Shown here: one piece after another, positions 36,787-47,174 of the stretch
How positions within the stretch are numbered: the stretch's first letter is position 1
How the letters are laid out: each line of letters opens with the position of its first letter
Source of the DNA: Alphaproteobacteria bacterium
GTDB taxonomy: Bacteria; Pseudomonadota; Alphaproteobacteria; SHVZ01
Direction: 5' to 3'
DNA length: 64,000 nucleotides
NCBI GenBank assembly: GCA_016869375.1
Contig: VGEH01000001.1
Location: forward strand, 18,669 to 82,668
The notes under the pieces: model-generated
What the model was told of the DNA's origin: nothing
The model's database searches: none
The model's input: the letters and a program-made list of their open reading frames with translations, nothing else
Translations under genes and position numbers: made by a program

Positions 36787-37149
36787 GTGATCCGGCTCCT
36801 GCTCCCCCTCGCGGCCCTCATCCAGGTCGCCGCAACCGCCCTTCCCGCCTCGGCGCAGATCGGGCCGGCGACGCATGGGGCGTGCTTCCTGGTGCGCAAC
36901 ATGGCGCCCTTCTCGCTCGCCGGACGCGTCGTCATGAAGTCGCGGCAGCGCTACACCTTCGTGCTGCAGAAGGGCCAGAGCCGGCGGGCCTGTCTGGAAG
37001 GCGAGATGCATCCGGGCGACAAGGTCGAGCTGGTGATCACGGTTTTCGCGATCCCGCTCTTCGTCTGCTACACGCAGGTCGACCAGCCGATCGAGCTCTA
37101 CGCCGCCCGCCAGGAAGAGGGCTACAAGTACTACGCCAACTGCCGCTAG
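36787..37149 (+). CDS. small secreted hypothetical protein (120 aa, 4 Cys)
   Basis: GTG start. Signal peptide MIRLLLPLAALIQVAATALPASA|QI. High GC3, native-looking. Divergent from the nuclease gene across an AT-rich spacer. Confidence 0.5.
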   Translation: MIRLLLPLAALIQVAATALPASAQIGPATHGACFLVRNMAPFSLAGRVVMKSRQRYTFVLQKGQSRRACLEGEMHPGDKVELVITVFAIPLFVCYTQVDQPIELYAARQEEGYKYYANCR

Positions 37150-38378
37150 CTGGCGCGCAGCACCTTCGGCGAGAGCAGCGCCAGCGCCGCGGTCAGGCCG
37201 CCGGCCGCTCCCACCCACATCGTCGCCGACATGCCAATGAATCCTGCGAGCGGCCCTGCGATCAGCGCACCCAGCGGCAGCGCCAGGCCCGTCGCCACCT
37301 GGAAGGTGGCATTGGCGCGGCCCAGCACCTCGAGCGGCAGCACGCGCTGGCGCAGGCTGATGGCGTGGATCAGGAAGATGCTGAGGAAGGCGTCGCCGAT
37401 GAGCTGATGCGCGACGAGGCTCGGGACCGCGAACGGGCCGGCGAGTTCCGAGAGCGGGATCAGCAGCGCCGCCGCATTGCCGATGGCAAGCGCCGAGATA
37501 AGCGTCGGGCCGAGGCCGAGACGCCCCGCCATCCTCTCCGCGACCAGCGCGCCACAGAATGAGCCGATGCCGCCGACGCTGATGACCAGCCCGATCACCA
37601 GCGGAAGAAGACCGAGCGTCTCGAGCGCCAGGATCATGTAGAGCGTGTGGAAGAAGCCACCGAACAGCATCATCAGTGTTTCGGCCGCGAGCAGCCGCGC
37701 GACAACAGGCTCGCCGAGACAGGCGCGGAAGCCGATGCCGATATCGGCGAGCACGCGGCTCGCCGCCCCGGGCGCGGCGGCCGGCGCCTCGACGGCGCGG
37801 ATGCGGCTCAGCATCAGCGCCGACCACAGATACGAAGCCGCGTCGACGATGACGGCGAGCGGTGCGGACATGACCTGGATCAGGATGCCGGCGAGCCCCG
37901 GTCCGACGCTCTCGGCGATCGAATCCGTCGCCTCGAGCTTGGCATTGCCCTCGACCAGATGCGGCTTGCCGACCAGCGCCGGCAGGTAGGTGTTGTCGGC
38001 GATGCGGAACAGCGCCGAGGCGGCGCCGACCGCAGCGGCGATGGCATAGAGCTGCGGCATCGAGAGATCGCCCGACCATGCCGCCAGCGGAATCGTGAGA
38101 ATGAGCGCGGCGCGGACGAGGTCGGCGGCGATCAGCAACGGCCGCTTCGCATGCCGGTCGACCGGCCCGCCGGCGACGAGCCCGACGATGACGCCGGGCA
38201 GCACGCCGAGCGCCGAGAGGATCGCGATCTCGCTCGGGCTCGCCTGGATCGTCAGGATCGCGATCATCGGCAGCGCCGTCCGCGTGACGCGGCTGCCCAT
38301 CGCGCTCAAGGACTGCGCGGCCCACAGCTTCAGGAAATCGGGATGGCGCCAAAGCCCGCCCGACGGCCACCACGGCAT
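37146..38378 (-). CDS. MFS transporter
   Basis: 12 TM segments, N-terminal MFS motif region (..GPVDRHAKRPLL..). Start at ATG 38378 (TTG 38438 is an alternative). Confidence 0.8.
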   Translation of the reverse strand: MPWWPSGGLWRHPDFLKLWAAQSLSAMGSRVTRTALPMIAILTIQASPSEIAILSALGVLPGVIVGLVAGGPVDRHAKRPLLIAADLVRAALILTIPLAAWSGDLSMPQLYAIAAAVGAASALFRIADNTYLPALVGKPHLVEGNAKLEATDSIAESVGPGLAGILIQVMSAPLAVIVDAASYLWSALMLSRIRAVEAPAAAPGAASRVLADIGIGFRACLGEPVVARLLAAETLMMLFGGFFHTLYMILALETLGLLPLVIGLVISVGGIGSFCGALVAERMAGRLGLGPTLISALAIGNAAALLIPLSELAGPFAVPSLVAHQLIGDAFLSIFLIHAISLRQRVLPLEVLGRANATFQVATGLALPLGALIAGPLAGFIGMSATMWVGAAGGLTAALALLSPKVLRAS

Positions 38379-38440
38379 CTGGCTCGATCCCCCGGATAAG
38401 ACGCCGTGCTGTCTCGCCGATTGCGGAGGTCGGCGCAAGC

Positions 38441-39364
38441 CTAGAGCGGCCGCGCCGCCGCCAGCTCGTTCTCGCGGGCGTCGAGCAACGCGCGGATCGG
38501 AAGCCCGTCGCGCGCTCCGGACATCGTGCAGGCGATCGCGCCGGCGACGCTCGCCCGGCGAAGCGATGACGGGAGGTCGCGACCCTCATCCAGGCTTGCC
38601 GCGAACACGCCCAGAAAAGCGTCTCCGGCGCCGACCGTGTCGAGCACCGTGACATCGAGCGCGCCGATGCGCCAGGCGGCCTCCGGCGAGATCGCAATCG
38701 CGCCGTCGGCGCCGAGCGTCACGACCACGGTGTTGCCGAAGCGCCGTGACAGCGCCCAGGCGGCAGGCTCCGGATCGCGCTCCGGCATCTGCATCTGCTT
38801 CGCCAGCGCCTCGGCCTCGTGCTCGTTCAGGACGAGGAATCCGACATCGGCGAAGAGGCTGGGAGGTGCCGGCATCGCCGGCGCGAAGTTGAAGAGCACG
38901 CGCGAGCCCGCCTTGCGCGCGCGCGCCGCCATGATCGCGTTCTCGCCCGGCGGCACCTCCATCTCGAGAACGACCGTCGTCCCGGGCCCCAGCGCCGCCT
39001 CCGGCACATCGGCGGCGCGCACGGCGTAGTTGGCTCCGAGCGCGCCGAGGATCTGATTCTCGCCCGCCGGGTCGATGGCGATGAAGGCGGCGCCCGTCGG
39101 CTCGCGCGAGCTGCCGACGCCGCCGACGTCGATCCCTTCCGCCGCAAGCCCTTCCCTGAGCACCTTGCCGAATGCGTCCTCGCCGATCCGGCCGAAGAAC
39201 TTCACCTTGGCGCCGGCCCGCGCCGCCGCGACGGCCTGGTTGGCGCCCTTGCCGCCGGGAAGGAAACGATAGGTCGGCGCCACCACCGTCTCGCCCGGCC
39301 CCGGCAGCCGGTCGACCGCGAGGATGAAGTCCGCGTTGATCGAGCCGAAGACGAGGACGGTCAT
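38441..39364 (-). CDS. rbsK: ribokinase (PfkB family)
   Basis: VLVFGSINADF, the GG motif PGGKGANQAVAAAR, and DTVGAGDAFLGVFAASL (anion hole / catalytic Asp). Confidence 0.85.
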   Translation of the reverse strand: MTVLVFGSINADFILAVDRLPGPGETVVAPTYRFLPGGKGANQAVAAARAGAKVKFFGRIGEDAFGKVLREGLAAEGIDVGGVGSSREPTGAAFIAIDPAGENQILGALGANYAVRAADVPEAALGPGTTVVLEMEVPPGENAIMAARARKAGSRVLFNFAPAMPAPPSLFADVGFLVLNEHEAEALAKQMQMPERDPEPAAWALSRRFGNTVVVTLGADGAIAISPEAAWRIGALDVTVLDTVGAGDAFLGVFAASLDEGRDLPSSLRRASVAGAIACTMSGARDGLPIRALLDARENELAAARPL

Positions 39365-39383
39365 GGGCACTGTCGTCGTCGTG

Positions 39384-39520
39384 CCCCCTCTCCCGGCGCA
39401 GCCGGGGGAGGGTTGGGGTGGGGGCCGAGCGCAGCGAGGATCAGCGGTTCAGCCATGACGCTACCCCTCGCTTCGCTCGGCCCCCACCCTGCCCTCCCCC
39501 GCGCTACGCACGGGAGAGGG
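39384..39520. repeat. REP-like nested palindromic intergenic element, copy 1
   Basis: ccccctctcccggcgcagccgggggagggttggggtgggggccgagcg ... cgctcggcccccaccctgccctcccccgcgctacgcacgggagaggg. The arms are mutual reverse complements and each arm is itself a hairpin. A second copy is at 56870..57001. Confidence 0.6.
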
Positions 39521-39552
39521 TTCCGAGGAGCGGGCATCGGCAACATCGAGGC

Positions 39553-40579
<1,027 letters not shown>

Positions 40580-40587
<8 letters not shown>

Positions 40588-41545
40588 GGGCGTAGAGCCA
40601 GCAGGAGGCTTGGGTGACGCCGGTGTCGAGGAGCTCCGGCCGTTCGACCCGGCAGCGGTCGAAGACATGCGGGCAGCGCGGGTTGAAGGCGCAGCCCGGC
40701 GGGATCTCGGTCAGGCGCGGCATCGAGCCTTCGATCTGGTCGAGCCGTTCCTTCTCGTCGTTGATCTTCGGGATGGAGCCCATCAGCCCGTGGCTGTAGG
40801 GATGCTTCGCTTCCTTGATCACCGAGCGCACCGGGCCGATCTCAGCAATGCGGCCGGCATACATGACGGCGACCCGGTCGGCGGTCTCGGCGATCACGCC
40901 CATGTCGTGGGTGATCAGCATGATCGCGGTGCCGTGGTCGCGGCAGAGGCGCTTGAGCAATGCGATGATCTGCGCCTGGATCGAGACGTCGAGTGCGGTG
41001 GTCGGCTCGTCGGCGATCACCAGCTTGGGATTGACGCAGAGAGCGAGCGCGATGACGACGCGCTGGCGCATGCCGCCCGAGAACTGGTGCGGGTAGTGGT
41101 CGATGCGGCGCTCGGCCGCCGGGATGCCGACCTCGTGCAGGAGCTCGAGCGCGCGCGTGCGCGCCTGGGTCGGCGACATGTCGGTATGGGTCTGGATCGT
41201 CTCGACCAGCTGGCGGCCGACCGAATAGAGCGGGTTCAGGCTGGTCAGCGGATCCTGGAACACGGCGCCGATCTGCTTGCCGCGGATCTTGCGCATCTCC
41301 TCGTAGGGGAGGTTGTCGATGCGGCGGCCCATGAGCCGGATCTCGCCGGCCGCGATGCGTCCGGGCGGCTCCAGCAACCCGATGATCGCGGTACCGGTCA
41401 GCGACTTGCCGGCGCCGGACTCGCCGACCACGCCCAGCACCTCGCCTTCGGCGATCTGGAGGGAGATGTCATCGACCGCGACGAGCGTGCCGCGGCGCGT
41501 CGGGAACTCGATGCGGAGGTGCTCGACCTCGAGAAGAGCAGCCAT
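40580..41545 (-). CDS. oligopeptide/dipeptide ABC transporter ATP-binding protein (OppD/DppD-like)
   Basis: [25 protein letters not shown] and PPGCAFNPRCP. Confidence 0.85.
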
Positions 41546-42477
41546 CAGCGGAGCTTCGGGTTGAGAGCATCGCGGAGCCAGTCACCGAGCAGGTTGACCG
41601 ACAGCACCAGGATGACGAGGAACAGGCCAGGGAAGATCGCCATCCACCACTCGCCGGAGAAAAGGAAGTTGTTGCCGATGCGGATCAGCGTGCCGAGCGA
41701 AGGCTCGGTCGGCGGCACGCCGACGCCGAGGAAGCTCAAGGTGGACTCCGTCAGGACGGCGATGCCGAGGCCCAGCGTGCCGATCACCAGCACCGGCCCC
41801 ATCACGTTCGGCAGCACGTGCCGGAACATGATCAGCATCGGGTGCAGCCCAATGACGCGCGCCGCCTGGACGTATTCCTTGTTCTTCTCGACCAGGGTCA
41901 GGCCGCGCACGGTGCGGGCGTACTGGATCCAGGTCGACAGCCCGATCGCCAGCACGATGACGTATACCGCGGCCTTGTCGTGGACGTCGCGCGGCAGGAT
42001 CCCGCGGGCGACGCCGTCGATCAGCAGCACGATCAGGATCGCCGGGAAGCTGAGCTTCACGTCGGCGACGCGCATGATCACCGAGTCGGTGACGCCGCCG
42101 ACATAGCCGGCGATGAGGCCGAGTGCGACGCCCATGGTCAGCGCGAGGGCGACCGAGGCGAAGCCGACCAGCAGCGACACGCGGGCGCCGAGAATGATGG
42201 TCGAGAACACGTCGCGGCCCTGATCGTCGGTGCCGAGGAGGTAGGTGAGCTTGCCGCCCTGCACCCAGGCCGGCGGCAGGAAGGCGTCCATCAGGTTGAG
42301 GGTCGCGACCTCGTAGGTGTTGTGCGGCACGATCCAGGGGGCGAAGGCCGCCGAAACCATGAACAGCATGGTCAGCGCGAAGGCGACCACCACGGTCGGC
42401 GAGCGTTTGAAGCTGTAATAGACGTCCGAGGCGAGGAAGCGCCGGACGAGGTCGGTGAAGTTGCGCCAGATCGCCAT
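41545..42477 (-). CDS. ABC transporter permease (DppC/OppC-like)
   Basis: 310 aa TM protein. Start overlaps the upstream permease-gene stop region. Confidence 0.85.
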   Translation of the reverse strand: MAIWRNFTDLVRRFLASDVYYSFKRSPTVVVAFALTMLFMVSAAFAPWIVPHNTYEVATLNLMDAFLPPAWVQGGKLTYLLGTDDQGRDVFSTIILGARVSLLVGFASVALALTMGVALGLIAGYVGGVTDSVIMRVADVKLSFPAILIVLLIDGVARGILPRDVHDKAAVYVIVLAIGLSTWIQYARTVRGLTLVEKNKEYVQAARVIGLHPMLIMFRHVLPNVMGPVLVIGTLGLGIAVLTESTLSFLGVGVPPTEPSLGTLIRIGNNFLFSGEWWMAIFPGLFLVILVLSVNLLGDWLRDALNPKLR

Positions 42478-42481
42478 GGGA

Positions 42482-43465
42482 TCAGTGAGCGCTCACCGAC
42501 CGCTCGACCCGGAGCCTCGGATCGACGGCGAAGTAGAGCAGGTCGACGACCAGGTTGATGAGGACGAAGAAGAGCGCGACCAGGACGAGGTAGCTGCTCA
42601 TCACGGGAACGTCGACGAACTGGATCGCCGTGATGAAGAGGAAGCCCATGCCCGGCCACTGGAACACCGTCTCGGTGATGATGGCGAAGGCGATCAGGCC
42701 GCCGATCTGAAGGCCGGCAATGGTGATCACCGGCACCAGCGTGTTCTTGAGCGCGTGGCCGAAATTGATCGCGCGGTTGGTCAGCCCCCGGGCGCGCGCG
42801 AACTTGATGTAGTCCGAGCGCAGCACTTCCAGCATCTCCGAGCGCACGAGCCGCATGATCAGCGTGGTCTGGAAGAGACCGAGCGTGATCGAGGGCAGGA
42901 TCAGCGCCTTGAGCCCGCTCGCGGTGAGGAAGCCGGTCGACCAGAATCCGAGCTGCACCGTCTGGCCGCGGCCGAAGGATGGAAGCCAACCCAGCAGCAC
43001 GGCGAAGATCAGGATCAGCAGGATGCCGATCAGGAAGGTCGGCAGCGACACGCCGATCAGGGACACCGTCAGCATGAAGCGGCTCATCGCGCCGTGCCGA
43101 TGCAGGCCGGTGTAGACGCCGGCGGGCACGCCGATGAAGAGCGCGAAGAGCGCGGCGACGAGGACGAGCTCCAGCGTCGCCGGCAGGCGCTCGGCGATGA
43201 TCTGGGCGACCGGCGTGCCGATACGGAACGAGAAGCCGAAATTGCCGGTCATCAGGTTCTTCAGGAACACCAGGAACTGTACGTAGAAGGGCCGGTCGAG
43301 GCCGAGCGTGCGACGGAGCGCTTCGCGCTCGGCGGCGCTCGCATCCTGCGCCACCATCTGGTTGATGGGGTCGCCCATGTACTGGAAGAGGGCGAAGGCG
43401 ACGAACGCCACCGCCGCCATCACCAGGATGGACTGGAGAGCACGACGAACAATGTAGGCGAACAT
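42482..43465 (-). CDS. ABC transporter permease (DppB/OppB-like)
   Basis: 327 aa, 6 TM segments, and the motif region YIKFARARGLTNRAINFGHALKN. Confidence 0.85.
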   Translation of the reverse strand: MFAYIVRRALQSILVMAAVAFVAFALFQYMGDPINQMVAQDASAAEREALRRTLGLDRPFYVQFLVFLKNLMTGNFGFSFRIGTPVAQIIAERLPATLELVLVAALFALFIGVPAGVYTGLHRHGAMSRFMLTVSLIGVSLPTFLIGILLILIFAVLLGWLPSFGRGQTVQLGFWSTGFLTASGLKALILPSITLGLFQTTLIMRLVRSEMLEVLRSDYIKFARARGLTNRAINFGHALKNTLVPVITIAGLQIGGLIAFAIITETVFQWPGMGFLFITAIQFVDVPVMSSYLVLVALFFVLINLVVDLLYFAVDPRLRVERSVSAH

Positions 43466-43544
43466 GATCTGACTCGAGGCGGGTAAGCGGCGAGGCCCGG
43501 ACCGATCGCTCGGCCCGGGCCTCGCGCTTACGCCATACCGATGG

Positions 43545-45119
43545 TTACTTCATCTTGATCTGGCGGAGGTCGACGTCGTTCGACGGGCGCGGCTTGACCG
43601 AGCCGTCGACCGTGTCGCGCACGCCCCAGGCCAGCGTCTGCTGGTGCAGCGGGATGTGGCCGTAGTCGTCCTTGTGGATCTTCTGCGCCTCGACCATCAG
43701 ATCGTTGCGCTTCTTCAGGTCCATCTCGGTCTCGGCCTGCTTGGTCAGCTGTTCGACCTTCGGGTTGGTGTACCGGCCGGAATTGAAGATGCCGGAATCC
43801 TTCTCCTTCAGGGTCACGATGTTGACCAGCATGTTGTGGGCATCGAAGGTGCCCGGGGTCCAGCCCAGCATGTAGAAGCTGGTGTTGTAGTTCTCCTTGA
43901 GCCCGATCTTGTCGAAATGCTTGGAGCGGGTCTGGGCGTTCAGCTTGATCTGGACGCCGATGCGGGTGAGCATCGGAACCACTGCCTGGCAGATCGCCTC
44001 GTCGTTGTCGTAGCGGTCGTTCGGGCAGTCGAGGGTCACCGGGAAGCCGTTCGGATAGCCCGCATCGGCCAGCAGCTTTTTCGCCTCGTCAGGATTGTAG
44101 GCCGGGCGCTTGTCGACTTCCTCGGAGAAGCCGGCGATGCCGGGGGCGACCATCGAGCCGGTCGGCCGCGAGCTGCCGCGCATGACGACGCGCTGGATCG
44201 ACTGGATGTCGATCGCCTTGTAGAAGGCCTCGCGCACCCGCTTGTCCTTGAACGGGTTCTTGCCCGTGCCCTTCATGTCGAGGAGCTCGCTCCGCTCCTG
44301 ATCGAAGCCGAAGAAGATGGTGCGGAGCTCGGCTCCCGTCAGCACCTTGGCGCCCGGGGTCGAGTTGATGCGCTGAACGTCCTGCGCCGGCACCGGGTAC
44401 ATCAGGTCGATCTCGCCCGAGAGCAGCGCCGCGACGCGGGTCGCGGCGTTGGCGATCGGGCGGAACTCGGCGCGGGTCAGGTTGTGGTCGGGCTTGCCCC
44501 ACCAGTCCTTGTTCGGCTCGACCACCGTGCGGTTGTCGGCGACGCGCTCGACCAGCTTGAAGGGGCCGGTGCCGTTGGCGTTGAAGTTGATGAAGGTCGG
44601 CGCCGAGGTGCCGCGCACCACCTGGGTGGTGTTGTTCTTCTCCGACCACACCTTCGACATGATGTAGAAGAGCGGCAGCTGCTGCGGCAGGATCGGATCC
44701 GGACCGCTGGTGACGAAGTCGATCGTCGACGGGTCGACGATCTTGACCTCCTTGACCGTCGCGACATAGCTCTTCATATCGGACTGGTCGGCCTTGTAGC
44801 GGCCGAGCGAGAAGACCACATCCGCAGCGGTGAGCGGCGTGCCGTCATGGAACTTCACGCCCTGGCGCAGCTTGAAGCGCCACACTTCCGGGCTCACCTG
44901 CGACCATTCGGTCGCCAAGCCCGGCGACAGGCTCAGGTCGAAGTTGCGATAGATCAACCCTTCGTACAGGTTGGTCTTCATCGCATTGGTCGGCCCCTCG
45001 TTGTTGATCGCGGGGTCGAGGCCGAGAAGATCGGCGTTGGTCGAATAGCGCAGTACCTTGGCATGGGCCGGAGCCGCAGCCATAGCGACGGCCAAGGCCG
45101 TCGCGATCACGTAACGCAT
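43545..45119 (-). CDS. ABC transporter substrate-binding protein, family 5 (paralogue 1)
   Basis: 524 aa with a signal peptide (MRYVIATALAVAMAAAPAHA). ~50% identical to the SBP at 48440..50014 by eye (LLGLDP..NN.G.TNAMK.NLYEGL ...). Confidence 0.85.
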   Translation of the reverse strand: MRYVIATALAVAMAAAPAHAKVLRYSTNADLLGLDPAINNEGPTNAMKTNLYEGLIYRNFDLSLSPGLATEWSQVSPEVWRFKLRQGVKFHDGTPLTAADVVFSLGRYKADQSDMKSYVATVKEVKIVDPSTIDFVTSGPDPILPQQLPLFYIMSKVWSEKNNTTQVVRGTSAPTFINFNANGTGPFKLVERVADNRTVVEPNKDWWGKPDHNLTRAEFRPIANAATRVAALLSGEIDLMYPVPAQDVQRINSTPGAKVLTGAELRTIFFGFDQERSELLDMKGTGKNPFKDKRVREAFYKAIDIQSIQRVVMRGSSRPTGSMVAPGIAGFSEEVDKRPAYNPDEAKKLLADAGYPNGFPVTLDCPNDRYDNDEAICQAVVPMLTRIGVQIKLNAQTRSKHFDKIGLKENYNTSFYMLGWTPGTFDAHNMLVNIVTLKEKDSGIFNSGRYTNPKVEQLTKQAETEMDLKKRNDLMVEAQKIHKDDYGHIPLHQQTLAWGVRDTVDGSVKPRPSNDVDLRQIKMK

Positions 45120-45276
45120 TAGGATTCACCTCCGATGAGCGGCCGGATACGGCCGCAATCCCTGTTTTCATTCCGCCGCCGGATTGGCCCGGGCGACAGC
45201 TGGTCCTAGTTTCGCCAGACGGACGCAGAAAATCAACCGGAAGCGCGGGGGGTACCCCACATCTTGCCGCTGGCGC

Positions 45277-45909
45277 TCACTTGGTGCCGTAGATGCGGTC
45301 GCCGGCGTCGCCAAGGCCGGGGACGATGTAGCCATGGTCGTTGAGGTGGCTGTCGATCGCGGCGGTGAAGACCGGAACGTCCGGATGCGCCTCGCCCATC
45401 GCCTGGACGCCCTCGGGTGCCGCCAGCAGGCAGACGAAGCGGAGATTGACGGCGCCGCGATCCTTGAGCCGCCCGACCGCGGCGATCGCCGAATGCCCGG
45501 TCGCCAGCATGGGGTCGACGACCACGACCGGCCGGTCGGCGATGTCATGCGGGACCTTGAAGTAGTACTCGACCGGCTGGAGCGTCTCGGGATCGCGGTA
45601 AAGGCCGATATGCCCGACGCGCGCCGAGGGAATCAGGTCGAGGATGCCGTCGAGGATGCCGTTGCCGGCACGCAGGATCGAGACGATGCAGATCTTCTTG
45701 CCCGCGATCGTCGGCGCATCCATCTCGGCGAGCGGCGTCTCGATCGGCCGCATGATCAGCGGCAGGTCGCGCGTCACCTCATAGGCCAGGAGCAGCGAGA
45801 TCTCGCGGAGCAGCTGGCGGAACTCCGAGGACGGCGTCTCCTTGCGGCGCATCAGCGTCAGCTTGTGCTGCACCAGCGGATGGCTGACGACAGTGACGGT
45901 GCTGGGCAT
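45277..45909 (-). CDS. upp: uracil phosphoribosyltransferase
   Basis: 210 aa with the [13 protein letters not shown] and [17 protein letters not shown] motifs. Confidence 0.9.
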   Translation of the reverse strand: MPSTVTVVSHPLVQHKLTLMRRKETPSSEFRQLLREISLLLAYEVTRDLPLIMRPIETPLAEMDAPTIAGKKICIVSILRAGNGILDGILDLIPSARVGHIGLYRDPETLQPVEYYFKVPHDIADRPVVVVDPMLATGHSAIAAVGRLKDRGAVNLRFVCLLAAPEGVQAMGEAHPDVPVFTAAIDSHLNDHGYIVPGLGDAGDRIYGTK

Positions 45910-45941
45910 TTCTCTCCCCCGAGCGGCTTTCGCCGAAGCTA

Positions 45942-47174
45942 TTAGAAGACCGTCCCGTCGCTGTCGAGCGTGAGCGGCGGGCCGCCGCCTGGACGCAGAC
46001 GCTGGGCGACGCGGCGGCCGGCGGTCCAGGTGCCGCCCTGCAGGACTTTGGCCAGCGGCAGCCGCTCAGCGTCGAGGCCGAGTCGCTGGCGCATGCCCTT
46101 CGCGACCTCGTCGAGGAGAGCGACGGTCAGCGCCCGCCATTCGACGATCGGCTCCTCGCCGGGCGTCATCACGCGCGACGCCACCGCGGGATCGCGCCAG
46201 GCGAGCACGCCGAGATCGAGGAAGAGGCCACCGTTGCGGTATTCCGGCAGGCCCGTCAGCGCATCGAGATCGGTGACCGTGAGGCCGAGCCATTCCAGCG
46301 GCTCGACCAGCGAGTAAGTGAGCCATTGCGAGAGCTTGTGGAAGGGCACGAGCGCGTCCGCCGCATCGGGGCTTTGCGCCGAACGATGGCGCCAGGTGTC
46401 GCCGAGCGGAAGGCCGGCGAGAGTGAGGCGTCCGGGCCAGACCAGGCCGAAACCGGCGAGCACGGCATCGAGGATGTCGGTCGCCTTGAGCCTGCCATCG
46501 ACGGCATGCCGCTCGAGATAGTCGACGAGATTGCCGATGCGCGCATCGCGGCCGAAGAGATCGGGCGCGGCGGCGATGGCGCGGCCGAGGCTGCGCATGA
46601 GGGCGGCGCGGCCGTCGAGACCGACGAGCGGGTTCGCCGCGCCGCACTGAAAGCCCGAGGCGAGCCGGCTCGCCTCGAAGCGGGCAAGGCCGGTGGCGTC
46701 GGCGCGGAGCGGCCGCGTCGCATCGCCGGAGAAGGCGCCTGACGCGAAGAGATCGAAGCTGGCGACCGCGAGCCCTTCGGAGCGCGTGAAGACATCCCCG
46801 CTCGCCGGCTCGCGATAGCGCCAGTCAGGCCCCGCCCCGGCATCGAGCAGCACGCTGGTCACGGCGAGGTCGAAGCCGATGCGGGCACGCTCGCGCGCGT
46901 CGACATCGACGGCGTCGACGAGGCCGGCCCAGCGGTCTCGGCCGCCGACGGAGAAATGGCGCCAGCGGCTGTGATAGGGAACGGCGCCGTCCGGATAGGC
47001 GCCCTTGGTCACCGCGACCACCTCGTCGATGACGGCGGGCAGACGCGCGCGATCGAGCACGAGATGCGGGAGATCGCCGGCATCCGCGTGCGCGAGAAGC
47101 TGATGCGCGCGCTCGCGCACCGCGCCCGCCGTCAGCAGCCAGCGCGCGGCCTCGGCTTCGCTGCGTCCGCTCAT
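45942..47174 (-). CDS. DUF1688 family protein (URC4-like)
   Basis: ATG 47174 overlaps the upstream gene's stop (ATGA). 410 aa ([27 protein letters not shown]...[10 protein letters not shown]...) whose overall architecture matches DUF1688 proteins. The upstream in-frame extension to 47687 overlaps the URC1-like gene and is rejected. Confidence 0.7.
   Translation of the reverse strand: MSGRSEAEAARWLLTAGAVRERAHQLLAHADAGDLPHLVLDRARLPAVIDEVVAVTKGAYPDGAVPYHSRWRHFSVGGRDRWAGLVDAVDVDARERARIGFDLAVTSVLLDAGAGPDWRYREPASGDVFTRSEGLAVASFDLFASGAFSGDATRPLRADATGLARFEASRLASGFQCGAANPLVGLDGRAALMRSLGRAIAAAPDLFGRDARIGNLVDYLERHAVDGRLKATDILDAVLAGFGLVWPGRLTLAGLPLGDTWRHRSAQSPDAADALVPFHKLSQWLTYSLVEPLEWLGLTVTDLDALTGLPEYRNGGLFLDLGVLAWRDPAVASRVMTPGEEPIVEWRALTVALLDEVAKGMRQRLGLDAERLPLAKVLQGGTWTAGRRVAQRLRPGGGPPLTLDSDGTVF

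Noticed and set aside
45120-45276. Possible tRNA/sRNA in the upp-SBP1 spacer
   Set aside because: Contains only a short hairpin (gcggccggatacggccgc) next to the SBP RBS. No tRNA-like cloverleaf or conserved sRNA motifs recognised.
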